Positions 25,301-39,900 of a stretch of 64,000 nucleotides of DNA are shown here, in pieces. Made by a program: the position numbers and the translations under genes. The DNA is from Tubiluchus corallicola (taxonomy: Eukaryota; Animalia; Priapulida): the NCBI GenBank assembly GCA_030141605.1, contig JAQGDQ010000088.1, positions 613,404-677,403 of the forward strand, given 5' to 3'. Each line of letters begins with the position of its first letter. The first letter of the stretch is position 1. The notes beneath the pieces were generated by a model that saw only the letters and a program-made list of their open reading frames with translations, did no database searches and was not told the DNA's origin.

Positions 25301-28300
25301 AACTTTTTTTGTTTTGATTTTTTGTAGAACTACACGATGCAGTTTTGATACCACTGCGGTGCATATACCTATCGTCACCTGTACACATAAAAGTAAGTGT
25401 ATTATAAATGTGTCGCTAATTTGGTCTAGCTTCTATAATTTTATTACCGCCTGATATTTTCTGTTAAATAACATAGATTGTTCTCACATTAGTGAAAAAT
25501 TTTTTAGTTGTTTTCAAAATTCAGTTTTATTTAAAATGACACAGGTGTTTAACAGAAGTGAATTGAAGAGCACTTTTGAAATTTTGATCTTGTGTTTTAA
25601 CAAGCTTCTTTTGTGTACATCATTCTCTCAAGTCACATAATTCACTTATTTTAGTTTATTATGCAGTGCAACTAAAAGAAATAATATTACAATAAAGCAA
25701 AAAAAGACATTGAGAGCCATTTATTTAACTTGAGTCCCATAACAGGGATTTTGAATTTTGGGTAAACCAGAATGATGAATTATGTAACTGACACTTTTAT
25801 TTAATATTAATTTATATTAATATTGTCGATTTAGAGTGAAGTATTGCATTGCTTGACCAATTTGTTGCATAATTATGCCGCATATGAATGGCCTCGGTAT
25901 GAAAATGTTAAACGTACCAGAGAGTCTGAGGGAGTGCTAGGAGGAAACGTACTGCATTTGTGAGTATAGAGCACATATGTTATGTTACTTCATGCAACCT
26001 AAAAAGCCGTGGGTTGTCATTCGTAAGGCTTTTTGTTTTCAAACAATTAGTTTCCACTTTTACATTGTTATAGTAACCTTTTCAGTGGTGTTTAGTAGAA
26101 AAATTATTTAAAGCTTTGCATTGTTTGAATTTCGGTGCGATAAAAAACTAGAACATGGAGCACAAGTAATTTTCAAAAAGCAGAAATTAAAAAGCTTTGT
26201 TGTTCAAATCAAGTCTTAGTTTTGCAAAAATAGTGTTTGTACTGTTGTGTTTGCAAATATTTTTGTTGATAATAATATCTTATTTGCAGCATAGGTAAAT
26301 ATTGTTTTACTTTCTTTCTATTAAAGTTTGTCGCCATTATTAATACTTCTGTGTTTAGGACAAGTGTGTTCACAACATTTCATGATTTTGATGGAAATTT
26401 TATTGACGTTGTTACACAGCTCATTAGATTCATCGATAAACTGTGTATACTGGGTCTCATGCAGGAAAGTTATCATGCGCTGCTTGTTCACTGTGCACTT
26501 CAGTTTGCTGAGCTGGTGAGTTTTCAAAACTTAAGTTGCTTTAAAATTTAATAAGTAAACCACCTTTCAGTTGTCAACATTTTTGAAACTTTTCTCAGTA
26601 CAGTTTTACTCAAGTCACCTATAAGTTGAAAGTTGTGAAAAGATTATTCTAGGAAAAGTACTTTATGGAAGTGCATGCATTATAAGAATTTTGACTTCCA
26701 AGCAAACCAAATAGATCTCGATAGTTTTGTCTTGGTCATGACAAAAACATAACTAACCAGAACGACACTCAGCAAAATGCAGACCGCCACCAAGGTCTGC
26801 AGCATATAATTTGCTAAAGTACACAGTTATTTAGCAGTTCAATATGTCACTGGCTGTTCTAACGTAATCTAATTAAAGACATGCTCTCAAGTTTTTACAA
26901 TTTTTCTGCAGTACTTTGTTGTGGTGGCTCATAGAATTTCCCTCATACAGGCCTATGGTTAATCAGTAATAATTAACTTTTCTCACAATTTTAACTGATC
27001 ATTACCAAATTTGAAAACATTGTTCTGTGTCACATTCCACACCCCTTTGAAAAGTTTTGTGGAAATCAGTTAAGTAGTTTTTGCATATTAATAGGATTAA
27101 TAAACAAACAAACAAAATAACATAACCTCCTTGGCAGAGGTAACAATGTACTTTTGGTCACAATAGTCACAATTTTGATCACAATGTCACTTTTGGTCTG
27201 AATTTGTATGCAATACTCTCAGTATACTTCCACCTATACCTTTTCAACAGATGATGCGACTGATTTCTTTATTAACTGACATCATTGATTACATGTAAAA
27301 GTTTGCCTGACTTTTAAATTTGAATATTGACGTGTATGTTGGTCTGTAAAGCGCTAAATCTATATCTATCAATTTATGGTATCGTTGTTTTATTTGCTAT
27401 AATAAACTGTTAAAAATTTTTATAAGAAAATGCAAACAAAGGTATTCACTGGTCATGGTTAATGTTTTTCTTATTTTTAGATCCCAGATCTTCATTTGAC
27501 GTATGGCATTCCATTATTGGATGTGATCTCTCCAGGCATTGTATACAGTGCTTTACTTGCATATGATGCTGTATCTGTGTCTAGACTTTGTAAAATAATT
27601 TGCAGGTACAATTTTGGACAGTTTGATTTGTTTAGTAATGCAACCTGTGTGGTTATAGTCAAAGAAACATCAGCTCATAATCTTTCTCTTCCTTGTTTAC
27701 AGATGACACCATATGCTTTAGATATGGACATTCAGTGAATTTTAATGTTGTTAACGTTTGAATGATTTTTGTTTTACAATTGGCAACGAGGGAAAATCTA
27801 AAGTTTCTAGCCCAAAAAAGAGTTAACTTGTTAATTGTTATACCACTGTATCTGCTGTTTTTCATAACCCGCCTAATGGTCTTGCAACAGTGACTGCATG
27901 GTACAATAGTTAGATTAGTTACTAGGTCAATTAATCTAGAAGACATGGGCTCAATACCTCTATTACATTGTTCTCTCTGAACATGCAAGACAATAGTAAG
28001 TTACATATTTTATTGCTGTTGAATTAATGAAACTAGACTAGTGTACCTTCAAGGTTTTGAAGTATCATAGTTATTATTTAATGAATATGCAAAAGGTTGC
28101 TAATGGAATGCAGAGGCAATGTCCTTATGTTGACTTATATGTATATGTATGTATGTATATATAGGTATGCAAAAATGTATAAATCACTGAAGTCAGTGGG
28201 TATAAAGAATAGTACAGCGGTCACTCAAGATGTGGAAAAACTAAACACCTACATACTGGACATATCAGATGCATTATGGAGGAATGTGCAATCTCGTAAC

Positions 28301-31300
28301 TGTGAACGGTATTCAGTACATTTGTACTCTGAGCTCTATATTCGTCTTCATCAAATGTTATCAAAAAAATTTAGTAAAAGAATTTCTGGAAAACATTTAA
28401 AAAATGTATTATTGGGAACAATGCAATAGTGAGGAAAGTTAATAGATTTTTTTGGATTATATGGCTAGTCTGGCTTACCAAGTATAATTACTGCATATCA
28501 AATACTAAGAGTACGGTAATTAAAAGACAAGAAACGGAACTTTGAGTTTCAAAAAACTGACATTAAAAAATGATATTACTTTATATAATCTGATGAGAAT
28601 ATGTTATTAATATTTTTAGATGCTGCTCAGTATTTATAACATACTTCAACAACAGTATTAAGCTTCGCTATGGGAATGTTTTTCTTGTATGAGCTCCTGG
28701 ATTCTTTGTACTGCAGTTTGTTACAGTGAAAATTTTATGAGACCTCACTGGACAACTGTACCATATGATTGCAGTATTTATCAAGGTTTCTGTTTACAAG
28801 CATTGGTAGGGTTTTCTTAAGTAGGGCTAGCCTTATGAGGTGTGGAGCCCTACAGGACACAATTTGGTATGCTCCACGCTCCAGCTAAAATTTGTAGAAT
28901 AATATATATTATTATAGACTTTATATTTCCACGACAGAATAGAAAGCAATTAAAAAGCGCGATACATGCGAGTTAATAGACCAAACAGCTTTTAAAATGT
29001 GTAGATTACCACTAAAAAGTATAAAATTACAACATTACGTGTTTTAGTTACTGTGTAATGATTTAATAACAAATATTAATTTACTTTTCATTCTGGAAAA
29101 TAAAAATGCGAGTGAACAGCACTGCTGAAGCATGTAGATTAATCTCACTTTAATTGGATTATCTTTTTTCCTACGTTTGCATGCAGTGAATTTTTGAAAA
29201 TGTAAAAAGATTTCGTCGACATCCTGTACTTAAGTCTGCTTTTCTATGAACGTTGCCTACTTTCTGTTTTGCCACGAAGATATGCATGTGCATAAAGATG
29301 CAATATGCAGTAATTTTTTTCATATGATACTATTAAAAAAGATCTGTGGATTCGTAGACATTTAGAAGCTGCTATGCGCTTGTTTACGTAATTGCCTTTT
29401 TAGGTATGCTAAATAACCATAGTTTCGTAAATTAGCACGGATAATGCACATATTCGTAATAGCAGTTTATTTAAAAAACATCCATGCACTTTATGAGCAC
29501 AGGGGGAAGTAGAACTACCTCAAATTCTACTAATTCAGGCTAATTGTGTTGCAAAATAAATTACTAAAGTCATATAGTACAATATTAAATATCTTATTAA
29601 ATATGTGCAGCCAGAACAAAATTAATTCATTAGCTAACGGTTCATTTTATGATTTGTGCTCTCCTCACAGCACGGTTTGCTAATACTGAAGGGTTTAATT
29701 AAGCAAAACAGCAAAAATAAAAATGTCTAGAAATGATGTGTTTTAATAAGTAAATTTATAAATTATATTTTAGACTGCTTATGTAATAGCTTCCAAAGTT
29801 TAGAGCTGTGCCAGTAACAACTGCAACAACTGACAGAGGAAAATTGTCAGCGATCGCTTTTTGCAATCATGCACTGTTGTATGACGCGAAGAACTGAGAT
29901 TACTCTAGTGCAGCACTGCCGAGGCACAATTAAAGTGGCTTTAATTGTTTTTTGGTTTTTTTCATTTAATGAAGTCTTAAAGTGAAAAATAGCGAAGTAA
30001 AAAAGCTTGGCTGCTTTGTATTCAGCTGTAAAGCAGGAAATGAGTTTCCTCATATTCATTTCCATTGTACAAGAAAAAGTGTGGACCAGTAAGCCTAAAC
30101 GAGAAAGTTTTCAGACAACCAAAAATACTGAAATGTGCAAACTGTCATTTGCTTCCAACACATTAGATCTAAAAAAACTTCTGAAGCCTGAGCAAAGTGT
30201 GAAGATTCCTATAAGCAGAAAAATCATCTAGGCAGTGCTGCTAAAAATTTCAATGTAACCGTTGCACAACCGAAATTAATGCTTGCATTTTAAAAAAAAC
30301 AACAGGAACTTGCAATTTGTACTATAAGTATACGTCAGGACTGTTTTTGCAAAAGGTTGAGAAGAGCGTTGTGAAGAAGACAGGCCTGTCCATTGTCTCC
30401 AGTAGACATAATGGGAATATATTATAATATGATATCCATTCTAGCCATGCGCAGATGTTGACATTTAATAATTCTGTGAAGTTTTTTTTACACAGATTCA
30501 ATTGCTATCAATTACATGCCATAGCTGTTCTATGCTAAACTGTATAGTGAAGTAGTAATGCTTCAGTTCAACAGATATATGCATAGACAGCAAGCCTGTG
30601 ATACACTGATAATTTACAGATGACAGAAAACAGTCTTTTTAGAGTAATTTGTTAGTAAGGTCAAATTGGCCTTTATGTAATAGAATTTTTTAATCCGATT
30701 TTCTTGAAACTTACTTTCTTGTTCCCTTGAAAAAGTTCCTCCTCTTGTTCTATAAGGATTTTTTAACATTTAACACATTTTGTTAAGCTTTTTAGGACAA
30801 AGTGATCTTCATTCAAAATGATTCAAAAATGATGATGCGGCTAATTTTCAGTAGTGTTAGCAAATACTGGGTTTTCATTGGGTTATATATAAACTTTGGC
30901 TTTCTTTTCCTCATTACTTTTTGTTGTTTCTTTCTAGTTCATTTTTGTACAACGTGAATGATACTGCTTTAGAAGAGCATGGAATAGATATTGTTCACTC
31001 TGAGGCATTCAACCTGGCATGCCATCCTGCTTTTGCATCACTTTCAAATGCATTTTTGGTTAAGGTATTTTCTTCTCCACAACTTTCTAGAACACTAGTT
31101 GATTGATTGATTGATTGAATACACTAGTATAAACTTTTTCATTATTAAGACTATCACTTAGGAGACCCATTGCAACACAGTGTTCTGATCACTAGCCAAG
31201 CCCAACCCCGCAAAAAACTTCAGGTACCTTGTAGGTCAACTTCCTACGACTTACCATTGCAGAGTAATTGTTTTAAATGACAGATAACAGTGCAATGAGG

Positions 31301-31558
31301 ATGACTAGTGATAACAAAAATGGTTTTTAATTTCGACACTTTTGCCTTGCTGCCATGTTATCATTATTTGTGTATGGAAGTAAAGCAAGTGTCTGGTGCA
31401 TTTTTAAATATGTACTTTTTTATTTACAGAGTGTGGTTGAAGGAACAAAAATTCATCCGTCAATGATTAGGAGTCATGTCAGATACAAGTTTCTCTCTTT
31501 TATTAGCCAGTATCACTTGAATGGTATCGACGAATTTGTCGAACAGTTTATACATTAA
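13307..31558 (+). CDS. CENPI: Centromere protein I (CENP-I/Mis6 family), ~691 aa, 18 coding exons
   Basis: Phase-consistent GT-AG exons: 13307-13340 (or 13337; least certain), 15378-15515, 17593-17711, 19116-19223, 19633-19728, 19966-20052, 20178-20303, 20938-21114, 21756-21876, 22072-22151, 23021-23138, 25328-25392, 25835-25959, 26359-26515, 27481-27605, 28165-28308, 30938-31064, 31430-31558. Motifs collinear with vertebrate CENP-I as recalled: LIKCLIP..VSEDAV, VCHLLYLLTKKDNV..FR, MPSQISSIL, YLPLWSG, PGIVYSALL, HPAF. Confidence 0.93.
15551..15897. mobile_element. Degenerate TTCGAA-rich MITE, probably related to 11677-12079
   Basis: Clusters of decayed TTCGAA/TTTGAA motifs near both ends; ends ...CAGCCTTA, resembling ...CCCCTA. 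Confidence 0.4.
17353..17510. mobile_element. Short PIF/Harbinger-like MITE
   Basis: GGCGTTCACACTAGG at the left is the near reverse complement of CCTAGTCTGAACGTGCC at the right. Confidence 0.5.
18153..18260. repeat. 37-bp tandem repeat, ~3 copies
   Basis: GCATTTATTAGGCATTAATGCATRCTGTTAAAAGTAG starts at 18153, 18190 and 18227. Confidence 0.95.
24555..24880. repeat. Degenerate T-rich short-unit repeat (TTCACTTCTGTTTTG-like) in a CENP-I intron
   Basis: Several imperfect copies of TTGTTTTGTCTCRTTCACTT-like units; the minus strand translates as stop-riddled coiled-coil-like sequence. Confidence 0.5.
26755..27143 (+). mobile_element. Helentron-associated/DINE-1-like non-autonomous element
   Basis: 5' AACCAGAACGACACTCAG...ACCGCCACCAAGG; (AAAC)n near the 3' end; terminal ACCTCCTTGGCAGAGGT hairpin complementary to the subterminal motif. 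Confidence 0.6.
27899..27990 (+). mobile_element. Degenerate tRNA-derived SINE head
   Basis: A-box-like TGGTACAATAGTT and B-box-like GGCTCAATACC at tRNA-like spacing; no intact cloverleaf. Confidence 0.3.
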
Positions 31559-32203
31559 GTTACTTGTACAATGTTAAACTTTTTTTCATAATAACTGTAA
31601 GTCATTTTATATAATGTATCAAGGACTTGCAATTATGTACAGTTACTTGCAACTTAAGATGCATGTAATGCTGATTACCATTCTAAAAAGATGATAGTAG
31701 ATGTAAAGGAAATTTAGTTTTGTAGTTTGTTTAAATGTAAATGTTAGATAAAACATAGTCCAATTTCTTGGAGTTTTTTAAGAAAACTGAAATTTTATTT
31801 GGCATATGAAATATAAGGTATTGTAAATTTTATGCAGAGTGAATAAGTCACTTAGTAGTGCCCTTATTGAGAAATTGGCCCTTCTAGAAATAAACAACTT
31901 GTTTTTATGAGCGAAAAGTGAATTATTACAATTATCAAATATTAGTGATATATATATTCATGATTTTACCATCTAGTATTGCTTGTAACACTGTTGTAAA
32001 ATGTTCAAAATTGTGTTTATAGCAACACTTGCTTTTGCTACTGGTCATGATGCAATGTTGCATTAGCGATAGCTATCACATAAGTGAGTTCACATTTCAC
32101 CATCACCTCAAATATGCTAAATCCACCAGAGGCATCTATTTAATAATAAGGTTTTTCTGCTGATGTTACTACCTTCTCTATATAATTATGAGTGTTTTCA
32201 ACC

Positions 32204-32829
32204 CAAAACCATCCATAAGTCGGCATAGTTGAAACTACATTATGATGCTTCAAACTAGAATGCACCAAAAATTTGGTCAAACGTCAATTTCTTGTCTTAT
32301 AAAACAAACACTAAACATATTAGACTTTTATATTCCAGCATCAAATTAACAAGAAAATGTTTAAAAAATACTAAAAATCTAATTTCATTATCTTCTACCC
32401 ACTTATCTGGCTAGAAACTAGTATTGCAATTGTAAAAAAACTTGTATTTTCAAACTGCGATAGTAGCTGGTGGAAACAGTAATTCTGCTTCGGGTTTTCT
32501 CTGTTGCCAAGCCCAGACCTTTGTCAGGAAGAGCCATCTATTGAATATAAACATAACTTCAATGTGTTCTTGCAAAATCCATAGCAACCAACATTTGTGC
32601 GGTTGCTAAGTGTTTGTAGAACCACGACAAAAAACAATGGCTAACTTTAATAGCAATTTTCTCAAGGTTATGTTTTCCAGTGCATAGCATGCACCTCAGA
32701 ATGTGGATTATCTCAGCTTAGAAATAACATAGATATGAGCGATGAGTTTGATATCAAAATGAGTCTCATGGAGGTTTAGAATATGTGAACAACTGGAAAA
32801 GCTTAATTGCCGACTTATGGACGGTTTTG
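32204..32829. mobile_element. MITE with 22-bp TIRs between CENP-I and WRAP53
   Basis: CAAAACCATCCATAAGTCGGCA (from 32204) vs TGCCGACTTATGGACGGTTTTG (to 32829), one mismatch. Confidence 0.7.
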
Positions 32830-33992
32830 CTATGCAAGCACACACACACACACATATATATTTCTCTGTATATACACAATGAGAAACAATAAGAATACCA
32901 AACAAAAAGTTACAAGTCTAACTACTTGTAAATTTATGCAATTAGCTTTGTTTGCACTCAAATGCATTAATTATATTCAAGTCAAAGTTTTTGATGGAAA
33001 ATTATTTGTTGGCGTTTTTATAGCTTTTGTGTCCCCTAGCGTTTGTACCCTAGGAATCAGCTGCCTACCACATTAGCTGTTAGCTATTACACCTGACAAC
33101 GTAAAAATTTATTATAGAAACCAGTGGAACTTTTGTAGGTTCAATGTGGACCTTGAAACCGAAGCTTGACACATTACTGGTTCACATACGGTGTTCTCTA
33201 AAGCTAATTTTAAAACTTCTATACAATTAATAGCATATGTAGCCAAATTATATAGGTTAACTCGCAAGAACGTTTAGTTAAATTTCAGGCTAACTTGCAT
33301 TACTCCGTGTGTTATGAGTAACTACTCTGCATTTTATTTCCTTGAAAAATTATACACTGCATACACAGGACTTATTTCCAGTAAGCATCAGAGTAAAATT
33401 ACCTGCACAAGACTTCATTTTGTTGGGGCCTAATCAGTAAGTAAATATTTGTGCAATTTAAAGGAAAACAGGACGATTGTGAAGTTAGTTCAAAATAAAG
33501 TATGTTCTAAAATACTGAAAACTACAACAGCTTTTTTTAAATCAAAGTATAGATACTTGGATAGTTAAATTTTGTTAAGCTTTCAAGGATATGCACGGCT
33601 CAGTGAATCCACTAAGACTGGCAAAGGCGCCTTTTTGGCACATTTGCGTGGCCAATAAATAGGCGTGATACTGTGATAAGCATGATCATGAACTGCAGTG
33701 TTCGTGTGATGTCAGTGTGATGTAGAACTCATTTTCGAGATATCACGTCAACGTCTTATAGCAGTCCTCGATAGTGCATATGTGTTTGACATGCAGGGAA
33801 GCTCCCTGCTATTGCACAAATTGATTAGTTTGTAATGTAAGCAATAGCTGTATTCGGTTGCCGTTAATTAACTTTCCAAAGAAATTATTCAATTATTAGA
33901 AACAATTGCTAACTTCTAGAGGCAAGAAATGTATATTTTGTAAATGTAAATGTGAAAATAATTTTAGATCTGCTAAAATCTGAAGCAAAAAA

Positions 33993-36900
33993 TTACGTCT
34001 TCACTGCTGAGTCACATGACCAAGGAAAACTCCATATTCGTAGACTGTTTTCTCCAACTGCATCATTATTATCACTATCATCAGTGTCACTATCACTGCC
34101 TGGAAGAGGAAATAACCGTTGACCTGATGCTGAAGCCAGTAATGGTAATGTTGGATGGAAACTGAAAAAAGTAATTATAACCTAGAAATAATAATGCGGA
34201 AACCATTTATTTATCCAGGAAATCTGGAACACGAATTACTTGTATTAAAAATCTCAAAATGGATCTAAAATCAAGCTTCCCTCACTACTAATACTACTTC
34301 ACTGACTTGGAAATATGTTCAGATACACATAAAAGCATGCATGCATGCATTAAAGTCTCAATTACACCCTCACCAATACTTTCAATCTAGGTGAGGAATA
34401 ATAATAATCACCACTAGCAATCAAATCCACTTATCTGTTTTTGAACTACTTCACTTCGCAATCTAAAAGAAAACATCAATTTTCCTACCTGATGCCATTT
34501 ACAATGTCATCGTGAGCTTTGAAGCTGCTGCAAGGTTCAATTAATGGACTTTGATTCTTGTAAACGTTTGAGGATGAAGCTTGTGAGGTATCCCAAATGC
34601 TAATTTGGCCAATACTATCTCCAGCTGACAGATACTTTCCACTTCTAAAATGTAACAGATGGTTATTAATTATCTATAAAGCACTAGTGTTGTGTCTCTG
34701 TCATACAATTTTTGAACTTGGTAATCAGTATTATTACCACATAGATAACTGGTGCAAAGGTTTATTAAACATGGACTAAATTTTCAAGACTATGCTTGAG
34801 AGTAATGTTAGTTAGTCAGTTGCCTGTAATTAAATATTATTTATTGCTAAAAAGTAAACAGGGCGATGGTTCCACATCCTAGTCCATTTTTTTTATTTTT
34901 GAGGTAGAATAAAAATGCACTTAGCGGACATATGTCCAAATCAAAAAATATGTGCATCCAATGAAGAAAATATTATCAGATTTAGCTGCATTTACACAAA
35001 TACAAATGAAGGACAATACAGACGAATTAAAAATTTAATCATAATATTTCGACTCCTCTTGCAGGAACCATCATCAGATGTAAAGAAATTTTTCTAATCC
35101 ATATGCAGGCCACTGTAATTTGTTCTTTGTTTTCATTATTTAGCGTAGAAGTCGAAAGAGGAATCGAAATTTTATAATTAAATTTTTTAATCATCTCTGT
35201 AGCTGTTCATTTTTATTTGTTTAAATGTGATTTAATTTGGATAATATTTTCTTCGTTAGGCGCAAATATTTTTTTGGTTTGGACATTACGTAAATTTTTG
35301 TCTTACCTCCAAAAAAGTAAAAAAATTGGACTTCAGCTAGTTTTAACACTTTTCTGATAAGCACGCGTGACCATTTTATTTACTGTAAATAAACTATATT
35401 TAACTAAACTGCTGTTTATGACCAAGTCATAAACTTAAGATTTTGCACTATGACCAAAACTGCAAGTGCCGACTATGAAAAATATTTTCCGACTTGATCT
35501 TTGTCTCAACAACAAATTTGCTATTGTTGAATTCTCCATGCTTGACTACCTAGAAAATTCATTTTATTGCAAATCCATTTTGACACTTTTGCCCCCGTCA
35601 CATGACCTGGCTATGCCACTTTTTGCAAAATACTTAATGCACATCTACTCTTGCCTGGTTACCCAAACATGCATAAACAGTGACTCCTAGTCCAATGCTG
35701 TAAGAGGAGTTGAGTGACAAAGCCATTGGCCCCAATTTTCACATTGGCTCCTAACTCAGTATTTCCCATGCCAAGACTTCTAAAAATATTTAATACACAT
35801 CTACCCCATAAGACCTAAATATCTATGAAAAAAATTTGAATGTAACTCAGAGTGATAATCGAAAAAGTAGCCAACGTCCAGTGTTCTTTACCCTTTGACC
35901 CAAGGTCAACGCTCCCCATACCAGTGTCTGATCCCCTATCTCAGATATCCACCCACCAGGTTTCATGATTCTAGGTAGTGTGGTAGTGGATAATAAAAAA
36001 ATGGTTGAGTTTCAAGAAGATTCTGCTACATGCGGAATGTTAATAAACGGTTGATTTCTAATAAGATTCTGCTATATGCAGAAACTTAATTACAGGTATT
36101 ACCCAATATCCTAAAAACATGTGTATAGAATAAACTTTTGTAATAATGTGCTGCCTCTCCAGTGCAGCTAAGCTCACATGCACTTCAGAATAACAGTATT
36201 ACAAGTACTCATTGCACATGGCTTATTTCGATTGTCAGACCATACTTTAGTTTATACTTTGAAGTTGTGGTACATCTGAAACTCATACTCTAACTGTTTA
36301 TTTTAGAAAAATATTCATTTTAAAAGGACTTACGCTCTGAGTCTCGTAGTATATAATAGCACCATAGGCTGCAGGTTTCATAATATTATAAACGGGCAAT
36401 TTTTAAAATTGCCGGAATGCCAGATGGTCATTAAAAGCTGAATTGTGGCACATGTATTGCACTTTGACTGAACAATATTCAATAAGTATGTTCTCATAGG
36501 CAAAATAAAACATTTTCAGCTTCTATTAGTGTCAACCATTCAATTAAATTAAACATATTTTCAAAAATAGTTTTTATCACATAGTGCTATTTATTACTAA
36601 AAACATTTCTCTGTATCTTAAAGTACAATCCTTTTACAGTTTCATACCTGTCTTGATCGAAGTACATTCTTTGATTGGTCGTAACCTGTCGCTCTATAGT
36701 AAATAGGACTTCTCCAGGGTTTCTCACATCCCAGCAAATGATTTCACTATCCTTGGAAAATGCATAACAAAATCAACAATTCCAGAGAACAAAATTAAAC
36801 TACAAATATTCTCTTGAAATCTTCTGACTGAACAATTGACAAGGTGAAAACTAAAGTAGATCAGATCTTAAGCACCGGTGGGCACAATGTTGCTGAAGTT

Positions 36901-39900
36901 AATGCTACTGTCAAAAAGGAAAAAGGCTTAAAGATTACTGATGAAATACAAGAATTATAAGACTGAGAAGAAATAAAAAATAATCAGGTTCTTGGAAATG
37001 TTCCCTCTTTGCCAGAAGGCTTACCTCTCGAAGAAATTAAGAAAGCAATTGAAGAGATACTAACTAAGGTGTTGTCAGATATTGGAACATCTCATCTAAC
37101 TCCTAGTAACTACATCGGCTAAAGTCAAAGAAAAATAATAATGATATTCTGAAATTTCAAGTCGACTCCAGTGTAACTAAAACCAAACCACTAGATGCTT
37201 CTTGTAACAGTGAAAATTACAATAAAGGAAAAGGTGACGTTTGTTAGACCATACCTAACCATCAAGCAGAGAAAGCAAAGGGAAGACGACCTTAAGCAAA
37301 AATTAAGAGTAGAAGGAAATGAAACCAACAAAAAACTGGTACATAAACTATGGGAGAAATATAAATGTCAACACACCTAGTTTAGAACATTTTTTTCAAA
37401 AATTCGTTAGGCGAACATTTTAGAGAGCACCCATTGAAATATGATCACCGAGCTTTGTTATCGCTGCCACCTCCACATATGCTTAATCATATATTGTACT
37501 AAATCAGTGTTCTGCATGTTTGTCACAAAATTGTTTTGCTAACCACGTGTTGTAAAGTTCTTCAGAACTACATGAATAATCAACTATTACTACTACTGAC
37601 ATTTTATCACATAGCATCTTCATCACACTGACACTTTATCCACAGTGTCATTTTTGTTAACTCTCGGTTTTGTTCGCAATGCCAGAGTGATCTACTGATT
37701 AAAGCTTGTTGATTTTGTGCAAGTAAAACTTCACTCCATTTTCAGATAGATAAAGTATAAATTTAAGTATGATGCCCAAAGTATTTGGCACCAATACTCA
37801 CACAGTTATTTTATTTTTGCATATTTAAATATCTCTTGAAGTTTTAAATGCAAACCTTGTAAAACATTTCATAAATAAAGCAATGTGTACATTATAAAAA
37901 ATATCCAAAAAATAACTATTAAAATTCGGCATTCACAATATAACTTAGGAATACACTAGATGTATGAGTAGTTTGGTTCATCTCACTAGCTTAGCTAGGA
38001 ACTAAACTGTTTGGAAAAGTGAAACTATCGGTACCTATTTTGGTATAGCTTTTACAGCAATGAGACTACAGTACTGAATAAAAATGCAGCTACCAATCCA
38101 CACTTAGTCGTGTCCACACTACCATCAGTTTTGTCTGCAATATCAATTTGTCGGACATTGTCCACAAAATCAATATCAATTTTGACCACACTACATTAAC
38201 AGTAAGCAGTCTTGCATTCACGATGAATAATGATTTCAACAACACATGCAGTACATGCATTTCAAAGTTCAAATACCAACCTTTCTTCCACCAGAGTGAA
38301 GACGGTTGCCATCTGGAGAAAAGCTCATATGAGTGATGCCACCAGTGTGACCTTCAATGCAACAAATCAACTTGCCATTTCTCTTGTCGTACAAAGCAAC
38401 TAAGTGAAAATGTAATAAAAAGTTAGCAAATTAATATTAACCTGCAAATTATTATGCAAAAATTAAATTTGTAGTTGTGTTTTTAAAACTGGTAGTGTTA
38501 TACAAATGGCACGAGAATTATAAGTCACTATACGTAATATCTAACAAATAGTTAAAATGAAAGAGACAAAATAAAATTCTGTAGTAGCAGCCATTACTAA
38601 GAACCAGTTGTCAATGCACTAGTGCTATTAATAGCAATAGTAGCAAACATAAGCATATCTTGTGTGCCATCTATGAAGACTCTATGGCACCATAAGTAGA
38701 ATGCTACAATTTGGAGAGCTACCGTAATAACTAAGTAGAGATCTTTTTGAAAAAAAAACATACCCAGGCTCACTTGACAATTTGTGTATATCTACATCAC
38801 TTACTAATTAAAAAAACAATTTTTTTAGTTGCTTATTAATTTCTTATTTACTAATTAAAAAACAATTTTTTAATATCATCTAATGATATTAATTGGTACA
38901 ACCTTAATAAGTGTCTTCTGCATCGATCACAACAACATTTTCAACTCTGAGATGAGATTATATGTATAGAAGAATGGTATCTGCCTCCATTTTGTATGCA
39001 TTCAAATTCTTGCATCTCCACATCACTTATCCAAGTCCCAACAATCATCTTTCAGAAAGTATATGCAGCTCTTCTCTTGTGTTGCAATGACAGAGTTTTA
39101 AATTTGCTTTCAAAAATTGCCTATAGCTGAGTTTTGTTTCTAGGGTTGGTGAACAAGCTGTTGAGGTGATCTAAGATGGCAGTTCATTGTCTTTTGTCAT
39201 GAAGATATTTCTGGAACCACTAATGAAAAACAATCTAGTACGCCATTGATATTCAGTGTCCTTGATGCTTACATTTGCAAAAATTAACTTGGAAGCCTTT
39301 GAATGACGAATTAACACAATATTAAATGCTTTGTTGGCTTACAATCACCAAACTGTTTACCATCGTGCGCCTCCCTATCCTCACATGATGGAATGCTGAG
39401 ACACCAAATAAAGCCCATGTATACCTAAAGTCCTAAACTATGTAGTTATCGAACGAGTCAGCTTCAACAAGTTTGAATTTGCCAACTAACTTTGGTTTCA
39501 TCCCCTTTCGCATTGCTCAATTCACATAGAATATTGAGGTATTCATCAGTGACTTGAGGCTTCCACCAGTGACATCACTTAGCAGTAAATGTTTCCTCAT
39601 ATATCTGAGCCAGGGAGATAACTTGTGCTACAGCTTTGTTCTCCATTGCATCAGTCATTGCTACTTTTGCTTGGGATGCATCATTGGAAATGGGTGGCCA
39701 GCTAAAGCTGTGACATGTGATTTATGCGGATTGTGTCTCAAAGTTCTTCACATTAGAGAACATCCTCTCCTTGAAAAGTAACTGTATTAGAGACTCACTA
39801 TCCTTGTGTGCAGTGTCAAAATCGAGCGCGAATGCAGTGCGAAAAAATTGATCGGATGTCACCATACATGACTAAAGATATCTCAATGTTGCTTCATTTC

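Noticed and set aside
28820-30400. Possible decayed hAT transposase in the long CENP-I intron
   Set aside because: A hAT-like end is present near 28823, but the faint peptide motifs are not in the expected order; unsupported without a search.
32170-32257. Exon-like minus-strand segment (LKHHNVVSTMPTYGWFW...)
   Set aside because: Overlaps a MITE TIR and has no partner exons.
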